A stretch of 62,873 bases of DNA, filler included, from Hyphochytrium catenoides (taxonomy: Eukaryota; Protista; Hyphochytriomycota), in NCBI GenBank assembly GCA_900088475.1. It is 11 parts of 11 records of this genome, joined end to end, with 100 filler letters (N's around TTAATTAATTAA, not from the genome) between each part and the next. Parts side by side here need not be neighbours in the genome. Positions count along the whole stretch, not along the records: positions 1 to 24,942 come from FLMG01000575.1; positions 25,043 to 27,947 come from FLMG01000824.1; 9 more parts are not named here. The stretch is one strand, 5' to 3'. Shown one piece after another: positions 13,423 through 26,283 of this stretch (position 1 is the first letter of the stretch; the number at the start of each line of letters is the position of its first letter). Made by a program: the position numbers and the translations under genes. The notes beneath the pieces were generated by a model, which saw nothing but the letters and a program-made list of their open reading frames with translations, did no database searches and had not been told where the DNA came from.

Positions 13423-13764
13423 TAGTGAGTGGGAGGAGCCATTAAAAGAGAGAGAGACAAAAGACGGGAAGACTGGAACAGGTCATGCCCATATCCAACC
13501 ACAAAAGAGAGGAGAGAAAAATGTAAAAATTGTCTCTCTGTGGCAAAGAAGACGACAAAAGATGGAACAGGGAAGAAAGGAAGAAAAATGTAGATGGAGG
13601 TGGAAAGAAGAGAGAACGAGAGAGAGAGAGAGAGAAGCGCGGGCCCCAGATTTTCAAGCCATTGCAAACAAGAGAGAAATAGAGACAGAAGAGATGTCCA
13701 AATGAGGGGAAGGCCACAGATGGCTAACAGTATAGACGAGGAAGAGACAGAAACTGAGAGACGG

Positions 13765-13800
<36 letters not shown>

Positions 13801-14107
13801 CCTAGGAAGGGAGAGAGAAAGTGACTTACTGGCTGCTGACTAGGCCTGGTGGGGAGAGAAGGAGATGGTGACTCTCTTCTTTGGGTCGAAGCAGAGGAAG
13901 GAGCAGGACGACGGGAAGAAGAAGATGATGCAGTTTCTCCCCTGACCCGCGCTTGGAAAGACTGTAAAAAGCCAGTGGAGGCCGCAGCTTTCTTTCCTGG
14001 ACAGTTATGCTGCGTCGGAAGACGATGACTGGACAGAGAGAGAGAGAGAAAAGGAAGGGTAAAACAATCGGGCCAAGGAGAGGTGGAAGATGAAAAGGGA
14101 GAGAATG

Positions 14108-14138
<31 letters not shown>

Positions 14139-15100
14139 GAAGTCTTCAATCAGATGGCAAAAGGTGGGGATACAAGACGGAGGAAACGAGGGAGAAGGGA
14201 AGAGGAGAGAAAGACATAGGCCATCTCTCAAGAAGACCGGAGTGACAGAGAGAGAGAGAGAGAGAGAGAGGTGAAAAACGCAGAGAGGGTCGGGTGGACA
14301 AAAGCAGAGAGCGAGATAGAGAGATACCGCAAGAGAAGAAAGAAGCCACAACCCGAGAGACACACAGAGAGAGAGAGAGAGCACCTCAGACAGAGTTTAG
14401 CTCTGCACTCCTTGCAAGTGGTGGCATTGGACGGTCCGAGAGTGGTCCTGCAGCCTTCCGCGGAGCATTTCTCTTTCTTCTTCTTCTTATGATAGTTCTC
14501 GCTGTTACATCCGCTGCGGGCGTGGAGATCAAACTTCATGCACGGAGGGAGAGAGAACAAAGGGGAGAGAGAGAGAGAGAGAGAGAGAAAGATGAATGAG
14601 TCCTTCCATCGCTCCTCTTTCTCAATTTTCTATGAGCTCTTTCTGCTTTTGCTTCCATAAAGACAGTGGCCGATTGTGGTTCGTCCTCTCTCTCTCTCTC
14701 TCTCTCTTTTCTCCCAGCTCATCTTACACTCTCAATTTGCTCTCTCTCTCCCTGCCTCGCGCACATTTCTTTATCTCCCACGGTCTTTCTCTCTCTCTAT
14801 TTCTACTACTGTCTCTAGCCCCATCTCTCTCTCCATTTGTTTCTCTCTTTCTCTCTCTCTCTCTCTCTGCCTTACCGCCTCATTCGGATCCTCTGAGCTC
14901 TTCATCCTAATGTTCTCTCTACAGAGCGGGCAGGTGATCACCATCTGATCCTCTCTCCCGCCTGAGGGACAGAGATGCGCGCTGTAGCTCCGATGAGAGA
15001 GACAGAAAGTCCGTGCACAGCCGTCACATTGGAAAGGAAGAAAGTCCAAACGCCGACACTCTGAGAACTCGCAGTGATCGCCAAGATTCTGAAACTCCAT
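12456..15100 (-). CDS. AN1-type zinc-finger protein (AIRAP/ZFAND2/plant SAP11-13-like) with two AN1 and two C2H2 fingers
   Basis: Exon 15100-14876 GDHCEFSECRRLDFLPFQCDGCARTFCLSHRSYSAHLC..CPLC; 14533-14385 plus 14028-13830 CSAEGC..CKECRAKLCLSHRLPTQHNC; exon from 13345 EVCPTCGASFPDIVSLIQHAETAH; ~12746-12642 EICPICSARFPDITALIQHSEAQH; last exon ends VISSFFS-TGA. Confidence 0.9.
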
Positions 15101-15105
15101 CTCTT

Positions 15106-15139
<34 letters not shown>

Positions 15140-15553
15140 GCCTCTCTTGCTTGTGGTCTATACTTTTGTATCTAAAAAGTCTGGGGACGAGAATCGGTTC
15201 CTTCCCACTGTTCTCTCTCTCTCTCTCCCTCTTGGTTCTCTATGACTTTCTTCTCTTTCTTTCTGGCCTTCTCTGTCCACCTCCACCAGCTGCTGCCTGT
15301 CGCTGTGGAACGAGTATCTCAAGGCCCGTTCTTAAGCTGAAAGCTCCTCGTGTCGCGCCGCACTCTCTCTTTCCCTCTGGGGAAGGGAAGGTACTCTCTC
15401 TTTCTCTTGGAAAGGAAGACTGGCCTTCTTTTTTGTCTCTCTGTTTCTCTCTCTCTCTCTCTCTGTTTTCTCTGTGAAGCGCTCTGACAGGGGCGATGCG
15501 GCTTCACAATGACGCTGGGCCAACTTGATGCAAACAAGGACGGACGTGAGGAG

Positions 15554-15610
<57 letters not shown>

Positions 15611-15835
15611 CAATGACGCAAACTCCTTTTGAGGGAGAGAAAAACTGCCCCTCAAACCTAGCCGCTAACCGCTGTCTACAACGCCCCTGCAAGCGAACTA
15701 CAAGTACCAAGGGTCAGAGAAAGAGCTTACGTCTTACAACAGGACAATGCTGGCATCTCTTACTCTCGATCTGACTTTGTCGTTTGACAGACGGAGGAGA
15801 GACAGAGAGACAGAGAAAGGCTATTGATTTTTTTC

Positions 15836-15985
15836 GAAGTGTCTGAGGCAGTCTCTCTCTTCTCTTTCTAGAGTCTCTGGGAAAGAAGAGGACGCGTCTG
15901 AGGCAGTCTCTCTCTTCTCTTTCTAGAGTCTCTGGGAAAGAAGAGGAAGTGTCTGAGGCAGTCTCTCTCTTCTCTTTCTAGAGTC
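15836..15985. repeat. 55-bp tandem repeat, ~2.7 copies
   Basis: Unit gtctgaggcagtctctctcttctctttctagagtctctgggaaagaagagga.. starts at 15841, 15896 and 15951. Confidence 0.9.
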
Positions 15986-16201
15986 ATGTGTGGCATGGTG
16001 TGAAGGGCGAGGGTCTAGTCTTCTTCTTCCTCTCCACATTTTTCCCTTTCTGCAGGCAGAAGTAATTTGGCGTGTTGCTCTCTCTCTCTCCATCTACTGC
16101 TGAAGTCTTTCCTGCTCCCCGCGCTCTAGGTAATTTGCCTAGGGTAGTAACAGAGAGAGAGAGACAAGGGAGAAAGTGTGGAGAGAGAGAGAGAGAGAGA
16201 C

Positions 16202-16260
<59 letters not shown>

Positions 16261-16655
16261 CTTCAGTAGTACATGGAGTGAAAAGCGACAGACAGAGAGA
16301 GAGACAGACAAGCGAGAACGAGAAAGAAGAGTGAGAGAAAAGCGACAGAGAGAGAGACACAAGAGAGAGAGAGAGACAGAAGAATGAGAGAGAGGGAGAG
16401 AGTCCGAGCGATGGATGTCTGCGTGTACGGATTAATAATAAGGGTTAATAGGAAGAGGAAACGCTGAAAGAAAGGACAGCTAATTTTCTGCGACAGCAGA
16501 AGGCCAAAAAGAGAGACAGATAGACGATCCTCCTTCCTCTGTGTGAGCTACAGAATCAAAGAGAGAGAGAGAGAGTGAGGGAGAAAATTGGGAGAGAGAG
16601 ACGTAAGAATAAGCAAAAAGGAAGAACGTTTCCGGACTTGTCCAGTTCTTGTTGC

Positions 16656-18956
16656 CTAGACTCTCTCTCTCTCTCCATTGGCTTCTCCCTTTCTGTCTCC
16701 CTCTCTCTCTCCTTGTTCTTTAGTCTCTTGCTGTTGCTGCTGGACCGCCATCGCAGCTGCGAGCGTGATGACCACTTGCTCTGCTGTCACCAGAGAGCTC
16801 ATGTCAGAAAGAGGCAAAAACCTTCCTGTTTCTTCTCTCTTTGCTTTCTCTCCCTCTCTCTCTCTTTCTACACTTCCTCCTCCCACAGGAGTGAGTCGCT
16901 CTGTGATGATAACGGTGGGAGGAGAGGGCTCGGGCTTGACGTAGCGGGGAGAAGAGGGAAGAGAAGAGGGGAGAGAGAGAGGAGAAGGATTGTCCTTCTC
17001 TCTCTCTCCCTCTTCCTTGACGCTAATCTTTATTCTCCCCGCACTCGTAGGAGAGGCAGAAGGAGAGGCGTGAGCCAAGTGAGGCGGCAGCTGTATTATC
17101 TCTCGGAGTTTGGCTTGGAAGCGCGCACTGAAGAGAAAAAAGAGAGAGAGTGAGAGAGAGAGAGAGAGAAAGTATGTGAGTGAGAGAAAGAGAGAGAGAT
17201 ACCAAAGAGATAGAACAGAAAAGCAGACAAAGAGAGAGGGAGGCGACGTAGGGCAAACTCTAGGAGAATGGAGGCCCGGTGGAAGAGGAAAGAAAGGAAA
17301 AAGAGAGAGAGAGAGAAAGTATCGGGGGTGAGAGAGACGGAGAGAGAAACCGAGAGAGCCAGAGAGAGGAAAGAAGAGAAGGGGTTTTAAGGGGAAGAGA
17401 GACAGAGAGACACACAGAAAAAGAGAGTGTCTCTCTCCTACCAATACAGCGCAGGCTCAATAGCGGAGAGCCCGTCTGGGTCCTTCCCTAGGATCTTCGT
17501 CTTCAGGAAACGTTCCACTTTCTTCTCCAACGTCCAGGTCTGAAGGACGTCGATCAGCCCCAAAATGTAAAAGCCTGGACCCACCAGCACCTCCGTCTGC
17601 CGGAGACCCTGGAGTGAAGGGAGAGAGAGAGAGAGAGGGAGAGAGAGAGAGAGAAGAGAAGAGAGAGAGACAAAGGGGGAAAGAGGGAGAAGAGGAAAAG
17701 GAGAAAGAGAGAATGAAAGAACGAGACAGAAAGGGAGGAGGGAAGGGAGAAGGATGGAAGGAAGAAGAGAGGGGAGAGAGAAGAGAGAGAGAGAAAGGGC
17801 ACAGAGCGAGAGAGAAGGTAAGAGAGACAGTGAGTAGAAAGGAGAGGGAAAGAGAGAGAAAGAGAGAGAGAGAAAAGGAAAGTGGGAGGAAGCAGAGAGT
17901 GAGACAGGAAGAGATTTGAGGTCACTCTACACGATTATCCGGGGACAACGAAGTAGCTTGGAAACACGAAAGGGAGACAGACAAGCCAAGAAGAGACGAG
18001 AGACAGAGAGAGAGAGAGAGAAGAAAGACGGTGGAAGATGAGGAGAGAAAGAGAATACGATGGACAAACATCTAAATGGTAACAAGAAGGCATGGCATCA
18101 AGGAGACGTGCGCATGCAAAAAGAGAGACAGAGAAAGNNNNNNNNNNNNNNNNNNNNNNNNNNNNNNNNNNNNNNNNNNNNNNNNNNNNNNNNNNNNNNG
18201 AGGGAGGAGAGAGAGGGTCTGGTACCTCTATGGCCGAGCGCATGACAGGCGCTGGACGCTCAACATTACTCCCTCCTTCCACGGCAGAGGGCGAAGAGGG
18301 AGAGAGAGAGTTAAAAGGAAGAGAGAGAGCAGGAGCAGGGAGAGAAGAGAGGACATTCTCTCTCCCTCTCACTCTCCTCACGGCGGCCTTCACCTCGTAC
18401 TCCACTTCTACGACTCCGATGAGGAGAGAGTAGTCCATGATCCCCAAACCTAAGAGAAAGTTTGAGTCCTGGGAAAGCTGCCGATAGAGCTTCTCTCCTG
18501 TTTGATAGCCTAGTCGGAGCTGGGGAGAGAGAGAGAGAGAAAGAGAGAGAGAGCGCAGGGAGAGAGAGAGTGTGGATACGTGGTAAGGTTTGGCCATGTG
18601 TTTGTGTGTGTGAGAGAGAGAGACACCAGGAAAAGAAGAAAGAGAAATGAGAGACTTCAAACCGGAAGAGAAACCGCACCACGATCAGCGTTGAGAAAAA
18701 GTGAAAGAGAGAGAGAAAGAGAAAGACGCACCAATAAAGCGAAAGGAAAAAATAAAGAGAGAAAAAAGAGAGAGAGAGAGAGAGAGACAAGCAGCAGCGC
18801 CTGTCCAGGCTGTGTACCTTGGTCGTCATGTCTTCGTCTTTAAGGACAACATCAGGCTCGTGTGAGCCCACGATATTGGGACAGAGGTTCTTTCTCCCTT
18901 CTCCGTAGATATAACGCCCGTTACAGTGCCTGAGAAATTGGTCAGCTTCTATCCTT

Positions 18957-18993
<37 letters not shown>

Positions 18994-20441
18994 TTTCTCC
19001 CTCTCTCTTTCCTGCTATAGCTGTTGCTATCCTTGTCTCTTCACCCACGACTATAGCTGCACATTCTGCTTTGGTACTTTACTCTATCGCCTGAACTAAA
19101 GGAAGAGAGAGAGGAGAGAGAGAGAGAGAGAAGAGGGACAGAGAGAGAAGAGAGGACATGCCTTTTACCTGCAGGTGACCTCGGTACCCTTACGTGGCTT
19201 GGCACAGTTACGGTTGACCCAAGAACCTTTGATATCTGACAGAAAGGCGAGAGAGAGAGAGAGAGAGAGAAGACAGGAATTTAAAAACAGGAGCGGCAGC
19301 GAACTAGGAAGCGAGGAAGAAAGAAAGACGACGGAGGAGAGAGAGAGAGGAAGAGAGAAGGCGGCGCACAGACATGCAGTGACAGCAAGGACAGGAAGAA
19401 AGCTAAGGAGGAGAGAGGAAGAGAGAAAAGGGAAATTAGGCCAGGCGATACTGCAGACAATAGGAAAGGTAACAACTGAAATGAGAGACATGGTACCTAT
19501 ACCAAACATAGCAAGCGAGAGTAAAAGAGAGAGAGAGAAAGAGACAGAGAGAGAGAGAGAGAAAGAGAGGGAGAGAGAAGAGGGATCCCCATACCATATC
19601 TCTCGTGAATATTCAGAGAAGGATCTAGATCAAAAAGGTTCTCCATCACCATGAAGTACAAATTCTACATGGCACAATTATCAGATGCGGACAGAAAGAG
19701 AAAAGAAGAGAGAGGAACGAGAGACAAGGGAGAGAGAGAGAGAAAGAGAGGGAGAGAGAGAGTATGATTGCCACGACGATTGGAAAGGAAATGCCATTTT
19801 CCTATTCTATCTCGGTCCCTGCTCCTTCTTCGCGTCCTTTGAGGGACTCTCTCTCTCCTTCTCTGTCCTCATCTTCTCTCTCTCTCTCTCTCTCTCTCCC
19901 TTTCTCTCTCTCTCTCCTCTCTGTCTCTGTTTCTCTCTGAGGAAACTCACCACAGAGTACATTTTGATAGAATAGCACCCTAGGAAGCGCGTGAGGAGAG
20001 TCTCTCTGTTGAGCGTCACATAGCGCAAATATTCGTCCAAAATCTTCTTGAGAAACTTCGCCTCTCTCTCTGTCATGGACTTCACAATGTACTTGCGATC
20101 CTAGCAGGAGAGAGAGAGGAAGAGAGAGAGAGAGAGAGAAAAAGAGAGAGAGAGCGAGGGGGGCCAGAGGACGAAAGAAGAGAAGGAGGGAGTCTAGGTG
20201 AGAAAGATAGTGAGAAAGATAGTGAAGAGTAAGGAAAAGGCATAGGAGAGAACGGGTAGGACTGAGACAGAGACAGAGAGAGAGAGACAGAGAGAGAGAG
20301 ACAGAGAGAGAGAAAATATGGAGAGGTAAACCCCATCACCAAGGTACTCTAATAAAGGCGACAGGATGCGGAGGTTAGAGAGAGAGACCTGATAGAAAGC
20401 GATTGACAGAGAGAGGAGACTGAATGGGAAAGAGAGTGAGT

Positions 20442-20472
<31 letters not shown>

Positions 20473-23400
20473 GAACGAGAAGGAAAAGGCAAAGAAAGAA
20501 AGGCAGAGGAAGAGTCCCTTGGAAACACGATGACGGAGAAAGATGAAAAGGAAAAAGAAAGAGAAAGGAAAGAGAGAGAGAGAGACAGAGAGAGAAAGAG
20601 AGAGACAGAGAGAGAGAGAGAGAAGGGCGGGGGGGAGAGAGAGGGAGAGAGAGAGAAGGCAAAGAAGAATATACCTGGGTGAAGAACATAAAGGCTCCGC
20701 TGGCGCCCTCGCTGATGTAAGCCTTGGTCGTGTGCTGGAGAGAGAGAACGTAGCTACCGGCGGAGGAGTAAGCGTCAGAACAAAGAGAAGAAAAGGAGAG
20801 AGAAAGAAAGGAGCAGAGACAGAGTCAGAGAGACAGACAGAGACAGAGAGACAGAGTGAGACAGAGTGAGACAGAGGGAGAGACACAGGGAGAGACACAG
20901 AGAGAGAAACTAGTAAAAAAGACCTCAAAGATCAGAAGAGTGGAGGCAGCGCACCAGTGATACGAAGCGACAGAGACAGACAGAGAGAGATGGAGAAGAA
21001 TGCGACGAGAATGAAGACAAAACCGGACGAGGTCAAAGGAGGGAATGGAGACGGAGAGGGAGAGACCCGAAGAGAGAGGAATGAGAGAAGAGAGAAAGAG
21101 AGAAAGAGAGAAAGAGAGAAGAGAGAAAGAGAGAAAGAGAAAGAGAGAAAGAGAGAAAGAGAAAGATAGAGAGAGAGAAAGAGAAAGAGAAAGAGAAAGA
21201 GAGAAAGAGAGAAAGAGAGAAAGAGAGAAGGGGGGGAGAGAGTACCTGTTGGGGTCAATACCGAAGTGCTGTCGCAGTCTTCTAAAGATGGGTCGGCAGT
21301 ACTCCGTAAAGTGCACAGATTTGGCAGTGTCTTCCGGTAGCTGGGGATTAAGAGAAGGAAAGGAGAGCTCTGAGACGAGAGAGACCTAAAAGGGGAGAGA
21401 GACACAGAGAGAGAGACAGAGACGGAGAGACAGGGAGACAGGGAGAGGAAGAGCGACACGGTGAAGGAGAGAGGCGGAATGATACCCAGCGGGCCGTGAT
21501 GAGAAAGAAACTGAATGAAGAGAGAGAGAGAGAGAGAGAGAGAGAAGGAGGGAGAGAGAGAGAAAGAGAGAGAGAAGGGAGAGAGAGACTTGGAAGGTTG
21601 GAAACGAGAGACCCCAAAAACGAGAGAGAAAGAGTAACAGTAATTATCTCCATTCTTACGGAGGGAGATGAAGAGAGAGGTTCCTGCACGCGGTTCTCTT
21701 CGCAATGTTCCTCTCTCTGCAGACCGGAAGCTCCTTCTGTCTCTCGGGAAGTGCTCTTCTCCGCTTCTTGAACAGCCTGGGGAAGAGAGTGAATGACCAA
21801 GAAAGAAGAAGAAAGAGAGTAAAAGAGAGAGAAACGTGAGCAGGAGCAAAGAGAAGAGAAACAAAGAGAGGCCACCGTTACTAAAGAAAAGAGTGCAAGA
21901 CGAGGAGAGGGTTTAGTCGAAGGACTGAAAGAGAAGAGAGAGAGAGAGAGAGAGGATAATGGTAGAGAGAGAGAGATACAGAGAGAAGGGAGAGAGGAAA
22001 CAGAGACCTAGGGAGGAGACGAAAGAAGGAATGGGACTTTTTGAGCGGGAGGAAGCGTTCAGATAAACGATACAAAGAGGGAGAGAGAAAGAAAAAGAAA
22101 AGAGAGGGAGAGAGAGAGAGGCAGAGAGAGGCAGAGAGAGAGAGACAGACAGACAGACAGAGAGACAGAGAAACAGAGAGAAAGAAAGAGAGAGAGAGAG
22201 AGAGGACCCTAATGATGCCCTTGGTGGTTGTCTCAAGGAGTTCCTTCTGCAGCGCTTCGTTCATTTGCGGCCTGAGGTCGTCATCCTGCCGGTTCACAGA
22301 GCTGCTGCGGCTCAGCTGTGGGGCAGACAGGAGAAGGATAAAGAGGAAAGCGAGAAGTGAAGATTAGAACGAGAGAGAGAATAAGCAAGAGAGGGAGAGA
22401 GAGAGAGAGAGAGAGAAAGAAGAAAGAAAAGAGAGAGAAAGGAGAGCACAAAAAGAGAGCAAAGAAGAGATAACAAGAGAGAGAAAAGAGAGCACAAAGA
22501 GAGAGAAAAGAAGAGAGAAAAGAGAGAAAAGAGAGAGATAGGAGAGAGAGAGGGGAGAGAAAGGAGAGAGTTATGGAGAGAGAATAGAGAGAGAAAGGAG
22601 GGACGGAAAGTCAGACCAGATGCTGAAAAGAAGAGGCGAGAGTCGGAGGAATGGCGAAGCCTGCCTTAAAGGAGAAGGGGGAGAAGAGAGTACCGAGAGG
22701 GAGAAGAGGACAGATGAGAAGAAGTGATAAAGAGATAGACGGATTGGATAAGAAAGACAAGATGAGGAATATGGGCGGAGTGAGAGAGACAACGAGAGAA
22801 GGGCAGAGAAAGAGAGAGAAAAGAAAAGAGAGAGAGAGGAAGAGAGAGAGAGAAAGAGAGAGAGAGAAGAAAGAGAGAAAAGAGAGAGAGAGAGAGAAAA
22901 GAGAGAGAGAGTGTGTGTGTACCTTAACATTTTTCATAGTGAGAAGGTCTGGGTCATTGTTCAAGAACCAAGCGACATAGTCGGCAAACCCGCGAGAGGC
23001 GAAGGAGAAATGGAAAGCTGAGACCCAAAAGGGCTCCGTAGTTGCCCAGCTGAGGCGCAGAATGGGGCCGGAAGAGAGAGAGAGAAGAGAGAGAGAGAGA
23101 CAGAGAGAGAGACAGAGAGAGAGTGAGTCACACAGAAGAGTGAGAGAAAGTGACATATGGGCCGTCAGGGAGAAAGAGAGAGAGAGAGAGACAGCCATAG
23201 AAAGAGGGGACAGAGTGAAGAGAAGTCCTCCTTGGCAATAGGAAAGAAGGAAGCAAGGGCAAACAGGAAAATGAGAGAGAGAAGAGAAAACCTGCTATAG
23301 GCAACGATAGAAACTCGGCCTATCTCTCTCTCTCTCTCTCTCTCTCTCTNNNNNNNGGAAATTTGATGCCTCTCTCTGTTCTTCTATTTTGTCCCCTGTC

Positions 23401-24406
23401 TCTCTCACCCGAGCAGATAGCAGGTCCAGACGATGAGCCAGTAGAAGAGATAAGCTAAAACATTGATTGCGCCAAGCCCGAGGACGCGCTGCCGAGTTTG
23501 CAGAGTCGCTTGAATGCCTTTGCGTAAGCTTTGAAAAGAGAGACAGGCAAAAGAGAGAGAGAGGGAAAGAGAGAGAGAGAAAGAGAGAGGGGAAGAAAGG
23601 CGAGAAAGAAGGAAAAATAGGAGAACGTCAAATCAGTGGCACAAATAAAGTGGGCTGAGAAAGAAAAGAGACCGTTTCTTCCGCTCTATCGCGCGTTCTT
23701 TCTCTTTTGCCTCTCTTCTTTATCCCTTTTTCTACTTCTCTCACCCCCTCGCTCTCTCTCGTTCTTCTCTCCTCTCTCTTCGCTCCCTTCCGCTTCTCTC
23801 TCTCTTCTCTCCACTTCTCTCTCTTGTTCTTCTCTACTCTCTCGTCCCCTCCTCTGCCTCTCCTATTCTCTTTCTCTCTCTCTTTCTCTCTNNNNNNNNN
23901 NNNNNNNNNNNNNNNNNNNNNNNNNNNNNNNNNNNNNNCTCTCTCTCTCTCTCTCTCTCTCCCTCTCTCTCTCTCTGTCTCTCTCTCTCTCTCACTCACC
24001 GTTTCCATCCCACATAGAGCACGCCCAAGGAAGTACAGTTGTACAGGATAAGCCAGCCATAAAACAGCAGCCAGTTCGAGGGCTGAAGGTCCGTGTCTCT
24101 CTCTTCTGTCGCGTTCCTGAGCCAGCAGAATTGCCCTACAAAGTAGCCGTAGAAAGAGGAAGAAGAGCCGAGGATGATGCTGCAGACCAAGCCAGAGAGA
24201 AGAGAGTAGAAAATGTACTTGCGACGGTTGCGCTTGACAGAAGAGAAAGGGTTGGAGAACTGGAGAGGGAGAGGGAGGGAGAGAGCGGGGTATAAGCAGG
24301 GGGGAAGGAGAGAGAGAGAGAGAAAAGAGAGGAGGGAGAGAGAGGGAAGAGAGAGGGAAGAGAGGGAGAGAGAAAAGAGAGAGAAAAGAGAGAGAGGGAG
24401 AGAGAA

Positions 24407-24437
<31 letters not shown>

Positions 24438-24942
24438 GAGACGTCAGGATGGGGGAAGAGAACGGAAGGAAGAGGTGAGGTGAGAAGGAGAGAAATAAGA
24501 GGGAGAGGAGAAGCGGGGAGAAGAGAGTTATAGAACAAGAGAGGAGAGAAAGAGAGTAAGAGAAAAGGGAGCGAGAAGCGGGGAAGCCCGCGGAGCGAGG
24601 GTTGGAGGTAAAGGGCAGAACCAGAGATAACATAAAGAGGCAGGGAAGGAGAGAGAGAGAGAGAGAAAGAAGGGAAGCGGGGAGAGAGGATGTGCGACAA
24701 AGAGCTGCACGAGAATGAGGGAGTGGGCGCGAGAGAGAGAGCCGACTGCATCGGAGTGCATTGCCGCTCATGACAGAGAGAGACAGAGAAGGGGAAATAC
24801 AGACAGGGCGAAAAGGACAGTGTGCAAATGAACCGAGAGAGAGAGAGAGATTAGGAAGGAGAGAGAGCGTCTCCCTACCGATGTGTACAGATCGACAGCC
24901 ATCATGAAGAGAAAACCCTCAGAGGAAATGATCAGAAACTCT
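16656..24942 (-). CDS. GPCR-PIP kinase fusion (7TM receptor + phosphatidylinositol phosphate kinase); 5' truncated by scaffold end
   Basis: TM exons: MAVDLYTS|FSNPFSS..GQFCWL..WLLFYGWLILY..WKR|LRKGIQATLQTRQRVL..AYLFYWLI..SRGFADYVAWF. Linker LRPQMNEALQKELL. PIPK motifs: FTEYCRPIFRRLRQHFGID, SEGASGAFMFFT|DRKYIVKSMTEREAKFL, TLLTRFLGCY, FMVMENLF, RYDIKGS, VLKDED, GIMDYSLLIG, LGLIDVLQTWTLEKKVERFLK, RFQAKL. Confidence 0.9.
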
Positions 24943-24986
24943 NNNNNNNNNNNNNNNNNNNNNNNNNNNNNNNNNNNNNNNNNNNN

Positions 24987-24998
24987 TTAATTAATTAA
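24987..24998. other. Artificial scaffold-joining spacer TTAATTAATTAA in N runs (also 27992, 31369, 33781, 40829, 48553, 55487, 57166, 58427, 61160)
   Basis: Identical 12-mer with stops in all six frames, flanked by ~44 Ns each side, ten times; genes are truncated at these points. Confidence 0.97.
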
Positions 24999-25042
24999 NN
25001 NNNNNNNNNNNNNNNNNNNNNNNNNNNNNNNNNNNNNNNNNN

Positions 25043-26060
25043 GCCCCGCAGTACACCTGGAGAGAGCAGGAGAGACACGGAGAGAGAATGAGAGAAAGTC
25101 AGAAGAAAGACTTTGTAAAAAAAAGAGAAAGTATCAAGTAGTGAGGCCTAGAAGCAGATCTTTGCACAGGAGGAAGAGAGAGAGCGCGGTAGAGCGAGAA
25201 AGAAATTGGGAAGTTATGAGTGACGGGACAAAGAGAGAGGGAGAGTGGGGAGAGAAAAGAGAAGGTGGGAGAGGAGAGAAAAGAAAGAAATCGAGTTCGA
25301 GAACAGCAAATAAAAAGGAGAGAGAGAGACAGAGAGAGAGAGAGAAAGAAAGAGAAAGAGAGAGGTAGACCTGAAGATTCCTAATCTCATCAAAGATTGG
25401 GTGCCCGTTGCCCACCACGATTCCTCCCACCAAGTCAGAGTGGCCGCCAAAGTACTTGGTGCAGCTGTGCATCTGAACGCGAGAAGAGAGAGGGAGAGAG
25501 TGAGGAGAGAGAGACATAAGACGTCGGAAGAGAAAAAGGAAGAGCAAGAGAGGGCGCGCGCGAGAGAGAAGGGAAGGGGGCATACAGAAAAGGACATGGC
25601 GATGTGAAAAAAAGAGCGGCATGCGGTAGAGATCAAAAGAAGAGAGAGAGCAAATAACCAAGAGAAACATTATAGAGGAAATGACGAAAGGCATAGAAAA
25701 GAGACAAACGCCATTGGAAGAGGCCATCTAAGGGTACAAAGCGGTAGAAAGCAGACACAGAAGAGGAAAACAGCCTACGACAGAACAAATACAAAGAGGA
25801 AAGAGAAGAGAGAGAGAAGGTAAGAGAGATAGAGAGGAGAGAGAGAAGAGGCAAGAGAGAGAGAGGGAGAGGGAGAGGAAGCGGCAAGGAGAGAGACACT
25901 GTCTTACCACCAGGTCTGCGCCGACTGTGAAGGGCTGGTAGATAAAAGGCGTGCAGAAGGTGGCGTCGACCACTGTCACCGCATTGTTAGCCTTCGCAAT
26001 AGCACTGCCAAGAAATAGAAACAGAGAAATGACGAAAGAGAAAGGTCAGCCTCAAAGAAT

Positions 26061-26091
<31 letters not shown>

Positions 26092-26240
26092 AAGAAAGAG
26101 AGACACATACAGAGAGAGAGCAACTCTCTTGGCTATGATATACAAGTTTCCTGTCAACTTCTGAAGCTTCAACCCTGTTCTAGCTTTATTTTTACCCCTA
26201 TACTTCTCTCCTTGTCTGCCTAGTTTCTCCTAGGTCGCTT

Positions 26241-26283
<43 letters not shown>

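Noticed and set aside
15836-15985. CRISPR-like array
   Set aside because: No unique spacers, no cas genes, eukaryotic context
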